The notes beneath the pieces are model-generated. The model did not search any database. It saw nothing but the letters and a program-made list of their open reading frames with translations, and was not told the DNA's origin. Positions 49,160-58,702 of a stretch of DNA of 64,000 nucleotides are shown piece by piece. Every line of letters starts with the position of its first letter. Positions within the stretch are counted from its first letter, which is position 1. Origin of the DNA: Candidatus Poribacteria bacterium (lineage in GTDB: Bacteria > Poribacteria > WGA-4E > WGA-3G); NCBI GenBank assembly GCA_965242965.1, contig OZ251518.1, positions 2,496,001 to 2,560,000 on the forward strand, read 5' to 3'. Position numbers and translations under genes: made by a program.

Positions 49160-49663
49160 CTAGAAATTCTCTTCGTGCCGATGTCGGTTGCGGAAGAGGT
49201 AAACAATCAGCATCCCCGCGCCAATACACACCGACATATCGGCAACGTTAAATGTCGGCCAAAACAGCCCACGGCTCTCAATTCCAAATTGGAGAAAATC
49301 GACAACTTCTCCCAGGTAAAGCCTGTCAATAAAGTTTCCGATTGCGCCGCCGAGCAGAAAGCCAGAGGCGATTTGCATCCACCGGCTGTCACGGAATTTG
49401 AGAAAATAGACAAAAATGAAAGCGAGCGCGACAAACGTGACCAGGATGAGGAATGTCCGATGTCCGGCTAACACGCCGAAAGCCGCCCCGCTGTTCCTAT
49501 CGTGCCGAAGGTTGAAGAAACCGGGAATGACAGGGTAGCCGTATCCGCGTGGGATGTGCTGTTGGATGAGCCATTTGCTCCCCCAATCCAATGCCAGCAT
49601 CGGCAGTGCCACACCGATGAAAGGGAGCACAGTTTTCCACGTGAGGTTCTTAAATAAGTTCAT
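49160..49663 (-). CDS. lspA: Lipoprotein signal peptidase II
   Basis: D..SK, NSGAAFG, GGAIGNFIDR, VVDF, FNVAD. Confidence 0.95.
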   Translation of the reverse strand: MNLFKNLTWKTVLPFIGVALPMLALDWGSKWLIQQHIPRGYGYPVIPGFFNLRHDRNSGAAFGVLAGHRTFLILVTFVALAFIFVYFLKFRDSRWMQIASGFLLGGAIGNFIDRLYLGEVVDFLQFGIESRGLFWPTFNVADMSVCIGAGMLIVYLFRNRHRHEENF

Positions 49664-52271
49664 CCTTGAGCGACTCCCAGTCAGTTTTTGCGTCAGGTTG
49701 TGCCGGGGGCAGGTGTAGCCAGCGTGTCAGGAAAATGCTATTCGGGGCATCGGTTGCTGTTTTCTTCTGGCTTTTGCCACCTGTGCTTATCACCGGCGCG
49801 CTACAGAGATTGTATCCATACTCGGCTAAAAAAGGCGTGAGCGGCGCGAGACGTTGCAGGAGGACGGTGAGTATCGCGGAGAAGGTGCGCCGCGCCGCGC
49901 TAATCGTCGACTTGGGCCGTTTTGCTATCAACCGCGCGTAAACCCCCAGGTCGGCGTTGCAGAAGTCAACGAGGATACGCCACATTTCGTGGAAATTCCC
50001 CACCGGGTAAGCCTGTTGCACGGCTTGCATGCACGCCTCGGTCGCGGCGAGCGCGAGCGCGTCAATGCGGCGATGCTTATCCTTTGTCTCTCGCGAGGGG
50101 GAAATCGCTTTCCCTTTGACAACGGAAGAGTCATAGCCGCCGAGGGCTTGCAGTTCAACCGCCATTTTTTCCAAGATGCTTTGCAGCTGCTGGTATTCCG
50201 CGAGGCATTGCGCGAGGGCAGTCTTCATTTGCGTCCGATTTATGTCAGGCATTATCGCGGCGAGCCGTCCGACATCTGCCGGGTAGTCGTCAAAAAACGC
50301 GTCGTCTAGTGTGAAATCTCTAGCGCGCTTTGCTTCCACCGGGATGTTCCGGAGCATGAACTGCTTAAACGGTTGGCTCTCTTTAATCGGGCGGCTCCGG
50401 CTGAGGCAGGCGCAGAGAATGCTAGTTTCCGCTAACCACGTTGAAAATCCAGTCTGTGGCACAAAGGCGACGCTGACAAGCCCGCCCGGCGGTTTCTTGA
50501 AATCGGAACTGTTCACTGCCTGCAGCAGGTTCGCGAAGTGGCTATCAAGAAGCATCGCTTCCTTCCGGAATTCCTTTGAACCGCATTTCGGGCAGAACGT
50601 ATCGGCGGGTAAGAGTTCTTCAACGCTCAGACGGAACCAAAGATCTGCCCCGCGGCGGACAGCATCGCGGATAGCGAGAAGCGTATTTTTATCCGCCAGC
50701 GGTTCATCGCATTCGTCACAGAACAGAATCGGCAGCGGCATCCCCCATTGACGTTTCCCGGAGACTGGCAGTGCCGAGAAATTCGCTACGGCTTTGCGAG
50801 TTTCGTTCATCTCGGCATGTTCGGCTGCACCGTAATTATCCCAATAAATCTGCGCACGGAGCTCTTGCGCTGTCGGATGTTTTTTAGCAACGCCGAATAC
50901 CCAATGCGAACACGGCCGGAAAACCGCCGCTGTCTCACAGCGAGGACAGTGGTGCGCGTGCATCTCGTGCTCGCAACCCGGTGACTGGAGGAGGTATCCA
51001 AACCGTTCTAATTCGGGGGCGATGAGTTTCTCCGCGGCATAAAGATTTAAGCCGCACAGCGTGCCTGCCTCTTCGGTGAACCTGCCGGCATCGTCGAAAA
51101 TCGCACTTGAACTTTTGCCTAACTTCTGAGCGATGTAGTAACTCCGCGCATCGTGCGCGGGATTCAACGGAATCACACCGGTGTCGGAATAGGGGGTTTC
51201 TACCGCAAATCCATTCTTTTTCAGCATCGACGCGGCGTATGTGGAAACCGCTTTTGGCATGGCGATAATTTTCAACGTTTTCGATGGATAGAGGGGATGC
51301 GACACCTCGCTTTTGGCGAGCGCGTCACAAGAGACTTCCTCAATAATTTCCGGTACCGCCGCGCCTTCGGGGAGAGACGATTGGAAACGTTCCAATTGCT
51401 GTTTCGCAAATAAGAGATATTCCCCTTCAAACTGCGTGATGCAGTAGGTGGCGTTTTTGGTAATGCCGAGCTCCGTGATACCGGCTATCTCCCACAGGTG
51501 CGCTACTTGGACACAGAAGGAGACATCCAACCCGTAGTGTTCCAAGCCAATGCTGAACGGGAATTTTACATACGCAGGAAGCACGGTGGTGGTTACCTGT
51601 TCTGTCGCGGTTTCGTCAAGCGGCGCGATACATTTAGGGCACCAGGGGCTGAGTTGCGCCCTGTCCAGCAGATGCCGGTCTTCCCGCAAACGGCTGAGCA
51701 GCGGAATCAACTTCGCCTCCTGACGAAAATCGAGATTTTTTTGCCCGGTATCCCAATCGGCAAAGTTACCGAGTTGATGTAACCGCTCGCTTTGCGCTAC
51801 TACCCGCTCCTGATAAAGCGTGCGACAGTCCTTCCGCAGCCGCGCCGGGGAAACAGGCGTTTTAGCGGGTGCCTTCTTCGCGACATCGTCCTCAATTCGG
51901 ACAGGATATTTCTCCCAAGCGGGGATGTAAATCACTTGGTGGCCTTGCATCATCTCCGTTTTGAGGAAGATATCTTGGTGAATTTTCCGACACAGCGTGC
52001 TGAGCGTCAGCGTGTGGATAGGGGTAGGCATCTCACGAATGGCGTAGGTAATCGGATGCTGTGCCTCGTCTTCGGGATTTTCGGCACTGCGGCGTGCGGC
52101 GCGCGGCACCTTGGTAGTCTGCACCTTCCCGCGCACTACCGGGTAAACCTTCGCATTTGCCCAATGACGGAGGATTGTCTCTTCGCGTGAGCGGCCAGCG
52201 ACAGCGGCGCGCCGCTTTTGGCGGCCATTGGGTTGCGTATTTTTCTTAGGCGGTCTGCCTCTTTTTTTCAT
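49650..52271 (-). CDS. Degenerate isoleucyl-tRNA synthetase paralog (HIGH/KMSKS lost)
   Basis: IleRS remnants WCPKC, YVKFP, HCPRC, RQWGMPLP, CPKCG..FRKE..LLD.HF, YPADVGRL; sits in the ileS position between yggT and lspA. Confidence 0.75.
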   Translation of the reverse strand: MKKRGRPPKKNTQPNGRQKRRAAVAGRSREETILRHWANAKVYPVVRGKVQTTKVPRAARRSAENPEDEAQHPITYAIREMPTPIHTLTLSTLCRKIHQDIFLKTEMMQGHQVIYIPAWEKYPVRIEDDVAKKAPAKTPVSPARLRKDCRTLYQERVVAQSERLHQLGNFADWDTGQKNLDFRQEAKLIPLLSRLREDRHLLDRAQLSPWCPKCIAPLDETATEQVTTTVLPAYVKFPFSIGLEHYGLDVSFCVQVAHLWEIAGITELGITKNATYCITQFEGEYLLFAKQQLERFQSSLPEGAAVPEIIEEVSCDALAKSEVSHPLYPSKTLKIIAMPKAVSTYAASMLKKNGFAVETPYSDTGVIPLNPAHDARSYYIAQKLGKSSSAIFDDAGRFTEEAGTLCGLNLYAAEKLIAPELERFGYLLQSPGCEHEMHAHHCPRCETAAVFRPCSHWVFGVAKKHPTAQELRAQIYWDNYGAAEHAEMNETRKAVANFSALPVSGKRQWGMPLPILFCDECDEPLADKNTLLAIRDAVRRGADLWFRLSVEELLPADTFCPKCGSKEFRKEAMLLDSHFANLLQAVNSSDFKKPPGGLVSVAFVPQTGFSTWLAETSILCACLSRSRPIKESQPFKQFMLRNIPVEAKRARDFTLDDAFFDDYPADVGRLAAIMPDINRTQMKTALAQCLAEYQQLQSILEKMAVELQALGGYDSSVVKGKAISPSRETKDKHRRIDALALAATEACMQAVQQAYPVGNFHEMWRILVDFCNADLGVYARLIAKRPKSTISAARRTFSAILTVLLQRLAPLTPFLAEYGYNLCSAPVISTGGKSQKKTATDAPNSIFLTRWLHLPPAQPDAKTDWESLKDELI

Positions 52272-52354
52272 AAGAACCCTAGCATCAGCGAGCGTGCCCG
52301 TAGAAGAGTGCCGAGGGCGACGCTTGCGCTTTTGTAACGGGAAAGACGTTGGGA

Positions 52355-52636
52355 CTATGCCCCAAGCATCCGCGCCATAACATGTAACAACATGATGAGG
52401 ATAAACGGTGAAATATCAATGCCAAAATTCGCTGTCACCGGTTCAATCAGGCGGCGTATCGGGTTCAGCACCGGATCTACGAAGCTGCTCGTGAACCAAT
52501 AAATGCGCCTGACGGTAAAGTTGCTGCGCGGGCCAAAAACGAACCATGACAGAATGACATTGAGAAAAACGACGATGATGTAAATCTCAAGCAGTTGCTT
52601 GAGGGCTGTGGCGACAACTGTGGCGACAATGTCCAT
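52355..52636 (-). CDS. yggT: YggT family membrane protein
   Basis: ILSWF, DPVL.PIRR, GIDISP. Confidence 0.88.
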   Translation of the reverse strand: MDIVATVVATALKQLLEIYIIVVFLNVILSWFVFGPRSNFTVRRIYWFTSSFVDPVLNPIRRLIEPVTANFGIDISPFILIMLLHVMARMLGA

Positions 52637-52670
52637 AAAAAGTCTACCTTTCGCGAGTGGAAGTTTGCTC

Positions 52671-53483
52671 CTACGCGCTCCCCAACTCCTTCGCGCGTTC
52701 GGTTGCGGCGAGGATGGCTTCCGTCAGCATTGCCCGCACGCCGCCCGATTCAAGCGCGTGGAGGCCCGCTGCTGTCGTCCCTCCCGGTGTCGTGACGCGG
52801 TTTTTCAGCAGTGCCGGGTGTTCCTCGGTTTCGGCTAACATCGTCGCTGTGCCTAACACGGTATGCGTTGCTAGTTTTTGTGCCGCCTGCCGCGGTAAAC
52901 CGACGTAGACACCTGCATCTGCTAACGCCTCAACGAAAAGCGCGACATAGGCAGGCCCGCTTCCGCTAAGCCCCGTAACGGCGTTGAGATGGTGTTCATC
53001 CATCACTAACGTCGTCCCGCAGGCGTTGAAAAGTTCGGTGGCTATCTCAATATGTGTCGCCTCGGCGCAACTTCCTTTGGTTAGCACAGAGATAGCGGCA
53101 CCGGCAGCGGCGGCGATGTTCGGCATCACTCGCACGATAGGCGGCGGCTTCGTAAAATAGGACTCCAGCGTTTTAGTGGACACCCCGGCGGCGATGCTCA
53201 TGAGCCAGTGTTGTGGCGACAGCCCCTCTGCCACCTGCGGCATGACATGCGGCACAACACCCGGCGGCACGGCGCACAATACCGCATCGGTATGCTGGGC
53301 AAGTTCGGCGATATTTGCAGCGGCGTTCACCCCTTTTTCATCGCGCAGTTGCGCGACGAGTGCCCTGTCAATGTCCGTAATCCAAATCTGGTTCGCGGGA
53401 AGAGCGCGGTTTGCAATGTTTTTGACGATAACGCCGCCCATTTTTCCAACGCCTATCACGCCGAGTCGAAAGTTTTCTGTCAC
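52671..53483 (-). CDS. proC: Pyrroline-5-carboxylate reductase
   Basis: IGVGKMG, SIAAGV, RVMPN, TGLSGSGPAY, VTTPGGTT. Confidence 0.95.
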   Translation of the reverse strand: MTENFRLGVIGVGKMGGVIVKNIANRALPANQIWITDIDRALVAQLRDEKGVNAAANIAELAQHTDAVLCAVPPGVVPHVMPQVAEGLSPQHWLMSIAAGVSTKTLESYFTKPPPIVRVMPNIAAAAGAAISVLTKGSCAEATHIEIATELFNACGTTLVMDEHHLNAVTGLSGSGPAYVALFVEALADAGVYVGLPRQAAQKLATHTVLGTATMLAETEEHPALLKNRVTTPGGTTAAGLHALESGGVRAMLTEAILAATERAKELGSA

Positions 53484-53509
53484 GTTTGGCTCCTATCTTA
53501 CACAACCTC

Positions 53510-53655
53510 AGTAGGAGGGACATCTGTTTGCGATTAGGCGAGCGCAAACTACAGAATAGGGAAATCCCGATACCGTCTCGGTAGGAGGGACATCCTTGTC
53601 CCGATACCGTTCCTACGCCGGTGATTCTGTCAAGACCGGGAGGTCTCTCCTACCA
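53510..53655. repeat. GTAG-REP cluster
   Basis: gtaggagggacatc.. twice and gaccgggaggtctctcctac. Confidence 0.75.
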
Positions 53656-53664
53656 GAACGCTCC

Positions 53665-54360
53665 CTACGCCGGCGGCTCGAAAATTGCCCTACCGATGCG
53701 CACGATGTTCGCGCCTTCTTCAACCGCGATTTCAAAATCGTTCGTCATGCCCATGGAGAGAAAGCGCATCTCAATCCCCGGATATTGCTGCGCCGTTACC
53801 TTATCTGCGAGTGCCTTGAGTGAAACGAAAGCCGGGCGATTCTCCTCTGGCGTATCGGTTAATTTCCCCATTGTCATCAACCCAAGGATGCGCACCCGTG
53901 GATATGCCAAAGCGGTTTCCATGAAGTCTAACACTGCATCGGGTTCTATGCCGTATTTGCGCGCCTCACCGGTTGTGTTCACCTGAATTAAGACATCAAT
54001 GTTTCTGCTTCGCGCCGTTGCACAGCGCGCAATTTCAGTTAAGAGCCGCACGCTGTCGACAGAATGAATCATCGAGAACATATCCAGAACCGATTTCACC
54101 TTATTTCGCTGCAAGTGGCCGATAAGATGCCAACTGCAGCCGCTGGGAAGCCGAATCTGCCGGTATTTCTCTTGCGCCTCTTGCACCCGATTTTCGCCGA
54201 TGAAACGCACACCGGCATCAAGGACTGCCTGAATTTCGGGGACAGAACGTCCTTTCGTGACAGCGACAACCGAGATGGCCTCGCGTGGACGACCGCTTCG
54301 TTTCGCGGCATCGGCAATGCGTTCCTTCACGTTGGTGAGATTTTCTGCAATTTGATTCAA
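53665..54360 (-). CDS. yggS: PLP homeostasis protein YggS
   Basis: VAVTK, GENRVQE, WHLIGHLQRNK, GLMTM, LSMGMTND, VRIGRAIF; TTG start overlapping the upstream stop. Confidence 0.93.
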   Translation of the reverse strand: MNQIAENLTNVKERIADAAKRSGRPREAISVVAVTKGRSVPEIQAVLDAGVRFIGENRVQEAQEKYRQIRLPSGCSWHLIGHLQRNKVKSVLDMFSMIHSVDSVRLLTEIARCATARSRNIDVLIQVNTTGEARKYGIEPDAVLDFMETALAYPRVRILGLMTMGKLTDTPEENRPAFVSLKALADKVTAQQYPGIEMRFLSMGMTNDFEIAVEEGANIVRIGRAIFEPPA

Positions 54361-54644
54361 CTGCCTTTTTCCTCTAACGGGTTCTTTTCTACGGCTGGGG
54401 CTCCTTTGTTCGCTTTGTTGCACAATAGGATGCCGACAACGGCGACTAACACGGCGAAACAGACGATACCGATGCCTACCGTCACTGTGTGCGTTGCTTC
54501 CGTGTAAATCTGCGTGACTTGAACTGCGCTGGCGGCTTCGGCTAATGTTTCCTGATATTGTGTAGGATGCTGGCTGCCGCGAAGGATAACGACGAAGCCG
54601 ACACTCCCGATACCGATAGATAGCAGTGCAAATAGCAAACGCAT
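54357..54644 (-). CDS. Small 2-TM hypothetical protein
   Basis: GGAG RBS; two hydrophobic helices; promoter TTGCAT-N17-TATCAT just upstream. Confidence 0.6.
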   Translation of the reverse strand: MRLLFALLSIGIGSVGFVVILRGSQHPTQYQETLAEAASAVQVTQIYTEATHTVTVGIGIVCFAVLVAVVGILLCNKANKGAPAVEKNPLEEKGS

Positions 54645-54727
54645 GTCCGAATTTTCTCCGCTATTAATTCAATCGCGCAAACTCCCTACTCTTAATGATA
54701 CCACATTTTGTGGGCAAATGCAAATTT

Positions 54728-55477
54728 TTATGCACGATTTCCGTTTGTGAGTTCGATAAAGGAGAGCATTCGTCCTGTCCGGCCGCCTTCTGCCCGGTGC
54801 GAATAAAAGTTTTCCGTGCAACAAGCCGTGCAAAACGGAGAGACTGAAATCGCCGATGGCGGCACACCTATCGCAGTCAATTGGATAACGTTCGCTGCCT
54901 GCAAGTCCAAGTTTGTTTCGTCATGCACAGAAGAACCGAAGTTTTCCACAAATTGCGCGATGAGTTCTGCGCTGACGGTATAGCAACATTTTTTGATGGA
55001 GATGCCTAAGTGGATAAGGCAGTCTTCCCTATTAGTGCCGAAAGATGTTTTCATGCGCGCGAGTGTGTGGACAGCGATGTTCGCCAGTGTGCCACGCCAT
55101 CCGGCGTGCGCAATCCCGATAGCCGGGGTTGCAGTATCTAAAATGAAGACAGGCACGCAATCCGCTGTGAACACGCCGATGGCATTTCCCGGCTTAGCAG
55201 AAATAATAGCGTCCGCCGTTTCTCGTGTATCCGCCACGGATTCGGCTTCAACGACTCGCACGCCGTGAATTTGATGGCAGTAAACCAGCTTCTTCACCCC
55301 GGTCTGCGCGAAGAAAATCTGCCTATTCGTTGCAACGGCTTTGGGGCAGTCTTCTACATGTTCGGCGAGGTTCAGGGATGCGTAAGGTGCTTGACTCACG
55401 CCGCCGTGTCGTAGGCTCGTCGCGGCGCGGACTACCCCAGTCGCCTCCAATGCCTGAATGGGGTGATAAATATTCAT
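54728..55477 (-). CDS. pgeF: PgeF/YfiH family (peptidoglycan editing factor / purine nucleoside phosphorylase)
   Basis: GGVS..PY.SLNL, QIHG, TADCVPV, HAGWRG, FYSHR, GRM. Confidence 0.9.
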   Translation of the reverse strand: MNIYHPIQALEATGVVRAATSLRHGGVSQAPYASLNLAEHVEDCPKAVATNRQIFFAQTGVKKLVYCHQIHGVRVVEAESVADTRETADAIISAKPGNAIGVFTADCVPVFILDTATPAIGIAHAGWRGTLANIAVHTLARMKTSFGTNREDCLIHLGISIKKCCYTVSAELIAQFVENFGSSVHDETNLDLQAANVIQLTAIGVPPSAISVSPFCTACCTENFYSHRAEGGRTGRMLSFIELTNGNRA

Positions 55478-55806
55478 GATGACATGTAGTCTTCGCGCGG
55501 TGGACTGAAGATATCCAATGCAACGGCGGGTTCGTCAAACGCCCGCGCGCTGTGCTTCACGTTGGAGGGTATGAGGTAAGCGTCTCCCTTCTTAATTCGC
55601 CGGGCTTCGCCGTCAATCGTCAGTTCAAACGTTCCCTCCAACACCATGCCCATCTGTTCGTGGGGATGGCTATGTTCCTCCACCACGCCGTGCGGTTGCA
55701 AGTTGACAAAGGACATCATCACCTTTTCGCCGTGAAGTGTGCGAATGGTGGTTTTCCCATCAAAAATGGACTTTTCGGGTTGTTCATCGATGACAAAAAA
55801 GGGCAT
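55474..55806 (-). CDS. Cupin domain protein
   Basis: HSHPHEQ, G...IPSNVKH, DIFSPPREDY. Confidence 0.9.
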   Translation of the reverse strand: MPFFVIDEQPEKSIFDGKTTIRTLHGEKVMMSFVNLQPHGVVEEHSHPHEQMGMVLEGTFELTIDGEARRIKKGDAYLIPSNVKHSARAFDEPAVALDIFSPPREDYMSS

Positions 55807-55831
55807 TTTGTGTTCCCTCCTACAGCACGGC

Positions 55832-56578
55832 CTACGACGGCGTATCCGATGCGGGCGGCTGCACGTAAAGGGCTCGCCTACAGCTAGAGCAGTAAACGAG
55901 TTTCTGATACTTCTGCGCTTCCTTGAGCGTCTGCGGTTGAATTGAGATGCGACAACTGCCGCAGAACCCGTTTAAGCCGAGGGCTAGGAAAGGGAGCCGC
56001 TGCCGCTCAATCCATCGATGATACTGGGCGAGGAGCCCCGGGTCGATTTGGGGAAGAAACGCTTTTCGTGCTTCTCGCTTCTGATCCCACACGGTTTTCA
56101 GACGCTGCTGTTCCTGCTGGAGAACGGATTTCTGCTGAGCGTTTCGTTCGTTTTCTTCGGCGGCTTCCGCCTCCATTGCCGACAATTCTACCTTGAGCCG
56201 GTCTGCTTCTTCCATGAGCACCAGGATTTCGTCTTCTAAGTCGGCATCCTGCTGGTTAAGGAATTCGATTTGGCGTTCAAGCGCGCTGTAAGCCTCGTTC
56301 GATGTCGCTATCCGCTGTTCCGTTTCGTATTTCTGGCGTTGCACGGCGTTCATTTCTAGGGCGGCGTTCTTTGAACGTTGCGCTTTCTCGACTTCGGCGA
56401 GAGCTGCAGCGGTGGCCGCGAGTGCCTGACTAGACTTCGTGGCGTTAGCGACTAACTTTTCAATCTGGCGTGGGAGGGCTTGCAACTGTTTGCGGATTGA
56501 CAACAAACCGAGGTCGTGCTCTTGCAACTGGTAAAGGGTAGCAAGCTGGTTTCTCAAAGAAGCGTCTGCGCTAGACAT
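55832..56578 (-). CDS. Coiled-coil C4 Zn-ribbon protein (DUF164/CT398-like)
   Basis: L..LQ..D, coiled coil, CGSC...CSSC.RALY. Confidence 0.85.
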   Translation of the reverse strand: MSSADASLRNQLATLYQLQEHDLGLLSIRKQLQALPRQIEKLVANATKSSQALAATAAALAEVEKAQRSKNAALEMNAVQRQKYETEQRIATSNEAYSALERQIEFLNQQDADLEDEILVLMEEADRLKVELSAMEAEAAEENERNAQQKSVLQQEQQRLKTVWDQKREARKAFLPQIDPGLLAQYHRWIERQRLPFLALGLNGFCGSCRISIQPQTLKEAQKYQKLVYCSSCRRALYVQPPASDTPS

Positions 56579-56697
56579 GATGTTTCAGTCTCCTTTGTAG
56601 TTAAGTGAGGGTGTTTCACAAATCTTTCAATGTCGCGGTGACAGGCTCCCGCGCGCTACGGTAAAAAACAGTCCCCTTCATCTGGCAAATAAGGCAT

Positions 56698-57519
56698 CTA
56701 TTCAACGAGATACGCGAAGAAAATGCCGAGTTGATATAACACAAATAGCGGCACCGCCATCAATATCATTGAGCCCGGGTCCGCCGGGGTGAGCAGTGCG
56801 GACATGACACAGATGCCCAGCAAGGCGTAATTTTGTTTCTCCCGAAACCCACGCGCGTTGATAACGCCGATGCGAGAGAGGAAGCCCATCACGATGGGCA
56901 GCTCAAAAGCGATACCGAATCCCAAAATGAGCCGCGTGACGAAGTTTACGTATTTTTCCAGATCCCACCGATTCGGTAACTCTGGCAACAATTGTGCTGA
57001 GAAGTGCAACACAACAGGCGTTACGATGAAATAGGCGAACACTGCGCCTAAAACAAAGAAAGCGACGATGATGAGGAACAGCGGCACCGCGAACCGCCGT
57101 TCGGTTCGGTTCAAGGCGGGGAAGACAAATGCCCATATCTGATAAAGCACTATCGGCAGTGATAAGACAATGCCGGTAGCCACGCCTATTTTCAGGTATG
57201 CCATGATGCCTTCGAGCGGGCCTACCTTGAAAAGTTCGGCGTTGACGTGTGAGGTTCCTGCGCGTAAAGCGAGCGCGAAGAATCCTAGGGTTGTGCCTTC
57301 TGTGCCGCCCAACGTCTCAATAGCCGTAGCAAGCAGGTCATTCATGGAAGTTTCCAATGGAAACGTGATTACCCTTTGAATCGGTTGACTAAAGGACAAA
57401 CTCAGCACCGTGAACACGGCGATTGCGATGGCTGACACGATGATGCGTCGGCGAAGTTCCTCAAGATGTTCCCAAAAAGTCATTGCTACATCGTCATGGG
57501 TTTCCGTAAGTTCTGGCAT
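56698..57519 (-). CDS. tatC: Twin-arginine translocase TatC
   Basis: M.F.EHLEELRRR, YQIWAFV.P.L, FELP, LTPADP. Confidence 0.95.
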   Translation of the reverse strand: MPELTETHDDVAMTFWEHLEELRRRIIVSAIAIAVFTVLSLSFSQPIQRVITFPLETSMNDLLATAIETLGGTEGTTLGFFALALRAGTSHVNAELFKVGPLEGIMAYLKIGVATGIVLSLPIVLYQIWAFVFPALNRTERRFAVPLFLIIVAFFVLGAVFAYFIVTPVVLHFSAQLLPELPNRWDLEKYVNFVTRLILGFGIAFELPIVMGFLSRIGVINARGFREKQNYALLGICVMSALLTPADPGSMILMAVPLFVLYQLGIFFAYLVE

Positions 57520-57581
57520 AATTCTAGATGGCCGCGAAGCGTTCGATGTTCCTCCGTTGGTGGCGCATCCCGGCAGTTGGG

Positions 57582-57794
57582 TTACGCCTCGGACTTGGGC
57601 GTTTTATCGCGTTTGTCCGTTTCGGTTTCGTTGACTGTCCGGTTCAATTCGTCTTTGATATCGTTGCCCGCGCTTTTGAATTCGCGGATGGCCTTGCCGA
57701 GGGAGCGTCCCATTTCCGGCAGCTTCTTCGGCCCGAAAATGACGAGCGCGATGACAAGGATAACTAGAATTTCTATTCCGCCGATTCCTCCCAT
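57582..57794 (-). CDS. tatA: Twin-arginine translocase TatA
   Basis: [28 protein letters not shown]. Confidence 0.95.
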   Translation of the reverse strand: MGGIGGIEILVILVIALVIFGPKKLPEMGRSLGKAIREFKSAGNDIKDELNRTVNETETDKRDKTPKSEA

Positions 57795-57871
57795 TTTCCA
57801 TTCCTCCTTTGGTGAGATGTGGCAGATTGCCTAATGTAGAAAGTATATCATAAAATCGTTTTTATTGCAAA

Positions 57872-58264
57872 TTAATGGCCGGTTGCCGCGTGATAGGTAA
57901 GCGAAAAGAAAAGGTGGTTCTTCCCCACCGATGCCAATACCCCCTCACGTCCCTCGTGACGTTTCCACTCCAGAGGATTCATTTGAGCTCTCTGCAGTGC
58001 CTGAACAGGACTTTGGGGGCACGCGACGAGGAGGACATCTCCTAATTTCAACGGGGTAAATCCCCGGACATCAAAGTCTTCCCCGGTAATTGCCATCACG
58101 CGCGCAGCAATATCCACGTCCTGCTCTAACTCACCCGACTGTTCAGCCGCTTTCATTGCATCGGTGAACTGTTCCGGGGTTAGAATACGTAGTTCATAGT
58201 CCCCTTCCTGAAGTAACCAGTTATGGTCCATCAGGATATCCCCATAAAGCATTTTTGTTGCCAT
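57872..58264 (-). CDS. Hypothetical protein
   Basis: AAGGAG RBS before MATKML; no recognised family. Confidence 0.6.
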   Translation of the reverse strand: MATKMLYGDILMDHNWLLQEGDYELRILTPEQFTDAMKAAEQSGELEQDVDIAARVMAITGEDFDVRGFTPLKLGDVLLVACPQSPVQALQRAQMNPLEWKRHEGREGVLASVGKNHLFFSLTYHAATGH

Positions 58265-58409
58265 TTTAAACTCCTTCCGTGCGGCACGCCGCGCGAAAAC
58301 TTGCAATTCAACGACTATTATATCATAATCGCCATTGATATTGCAATAAAAAAATCACACCCGCAGCGCGATTTAATTAACGGAGGGTGTTTCATATTTC
58401 AATTTTTTT

Positions 58410-58690
58410 CGTAGCGCGGGGGCCTGTCCCCCGCGATCGCCATCGTCACGATGCGTTTTAGGTTCTACGGACCTAAAAGACGTTTTTTCATCTGTAGTTT
58501 GTGATCGCCTGATCACAAACAGGTCAAGATCAGGCGATCTTGCCCTACAGAGCCTGGCGCGCGAGCAATGGCGAGGGAAACCCGCTCGGATGCGCGTGTG
58601 GCATCCGAGGGCCCTCGCCCTACGATGAAAAGAGACTTTCTACCGTCCTATTGCATCGAGACCAGGAGGTCTCTCCTACCGGGATTTATG
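58410..58690. repeat. GTAG-REP cluster
   Basis: gtagcgcgggggcctgtcccccgcg, gtagtttgtgatcgcctgatcacaaac, gaccaggaggtctctcctac. Confidence 0.85.
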
Positions 58691-58702
58691 AAACACTCTC
58701 AA

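Noticed and set aside
49650-52271. Functional ileS or simple pseudogene
   Set aside because: Catalytic motifs are missing, yet the ORF has no stops or frameshifts despite deep divergence.
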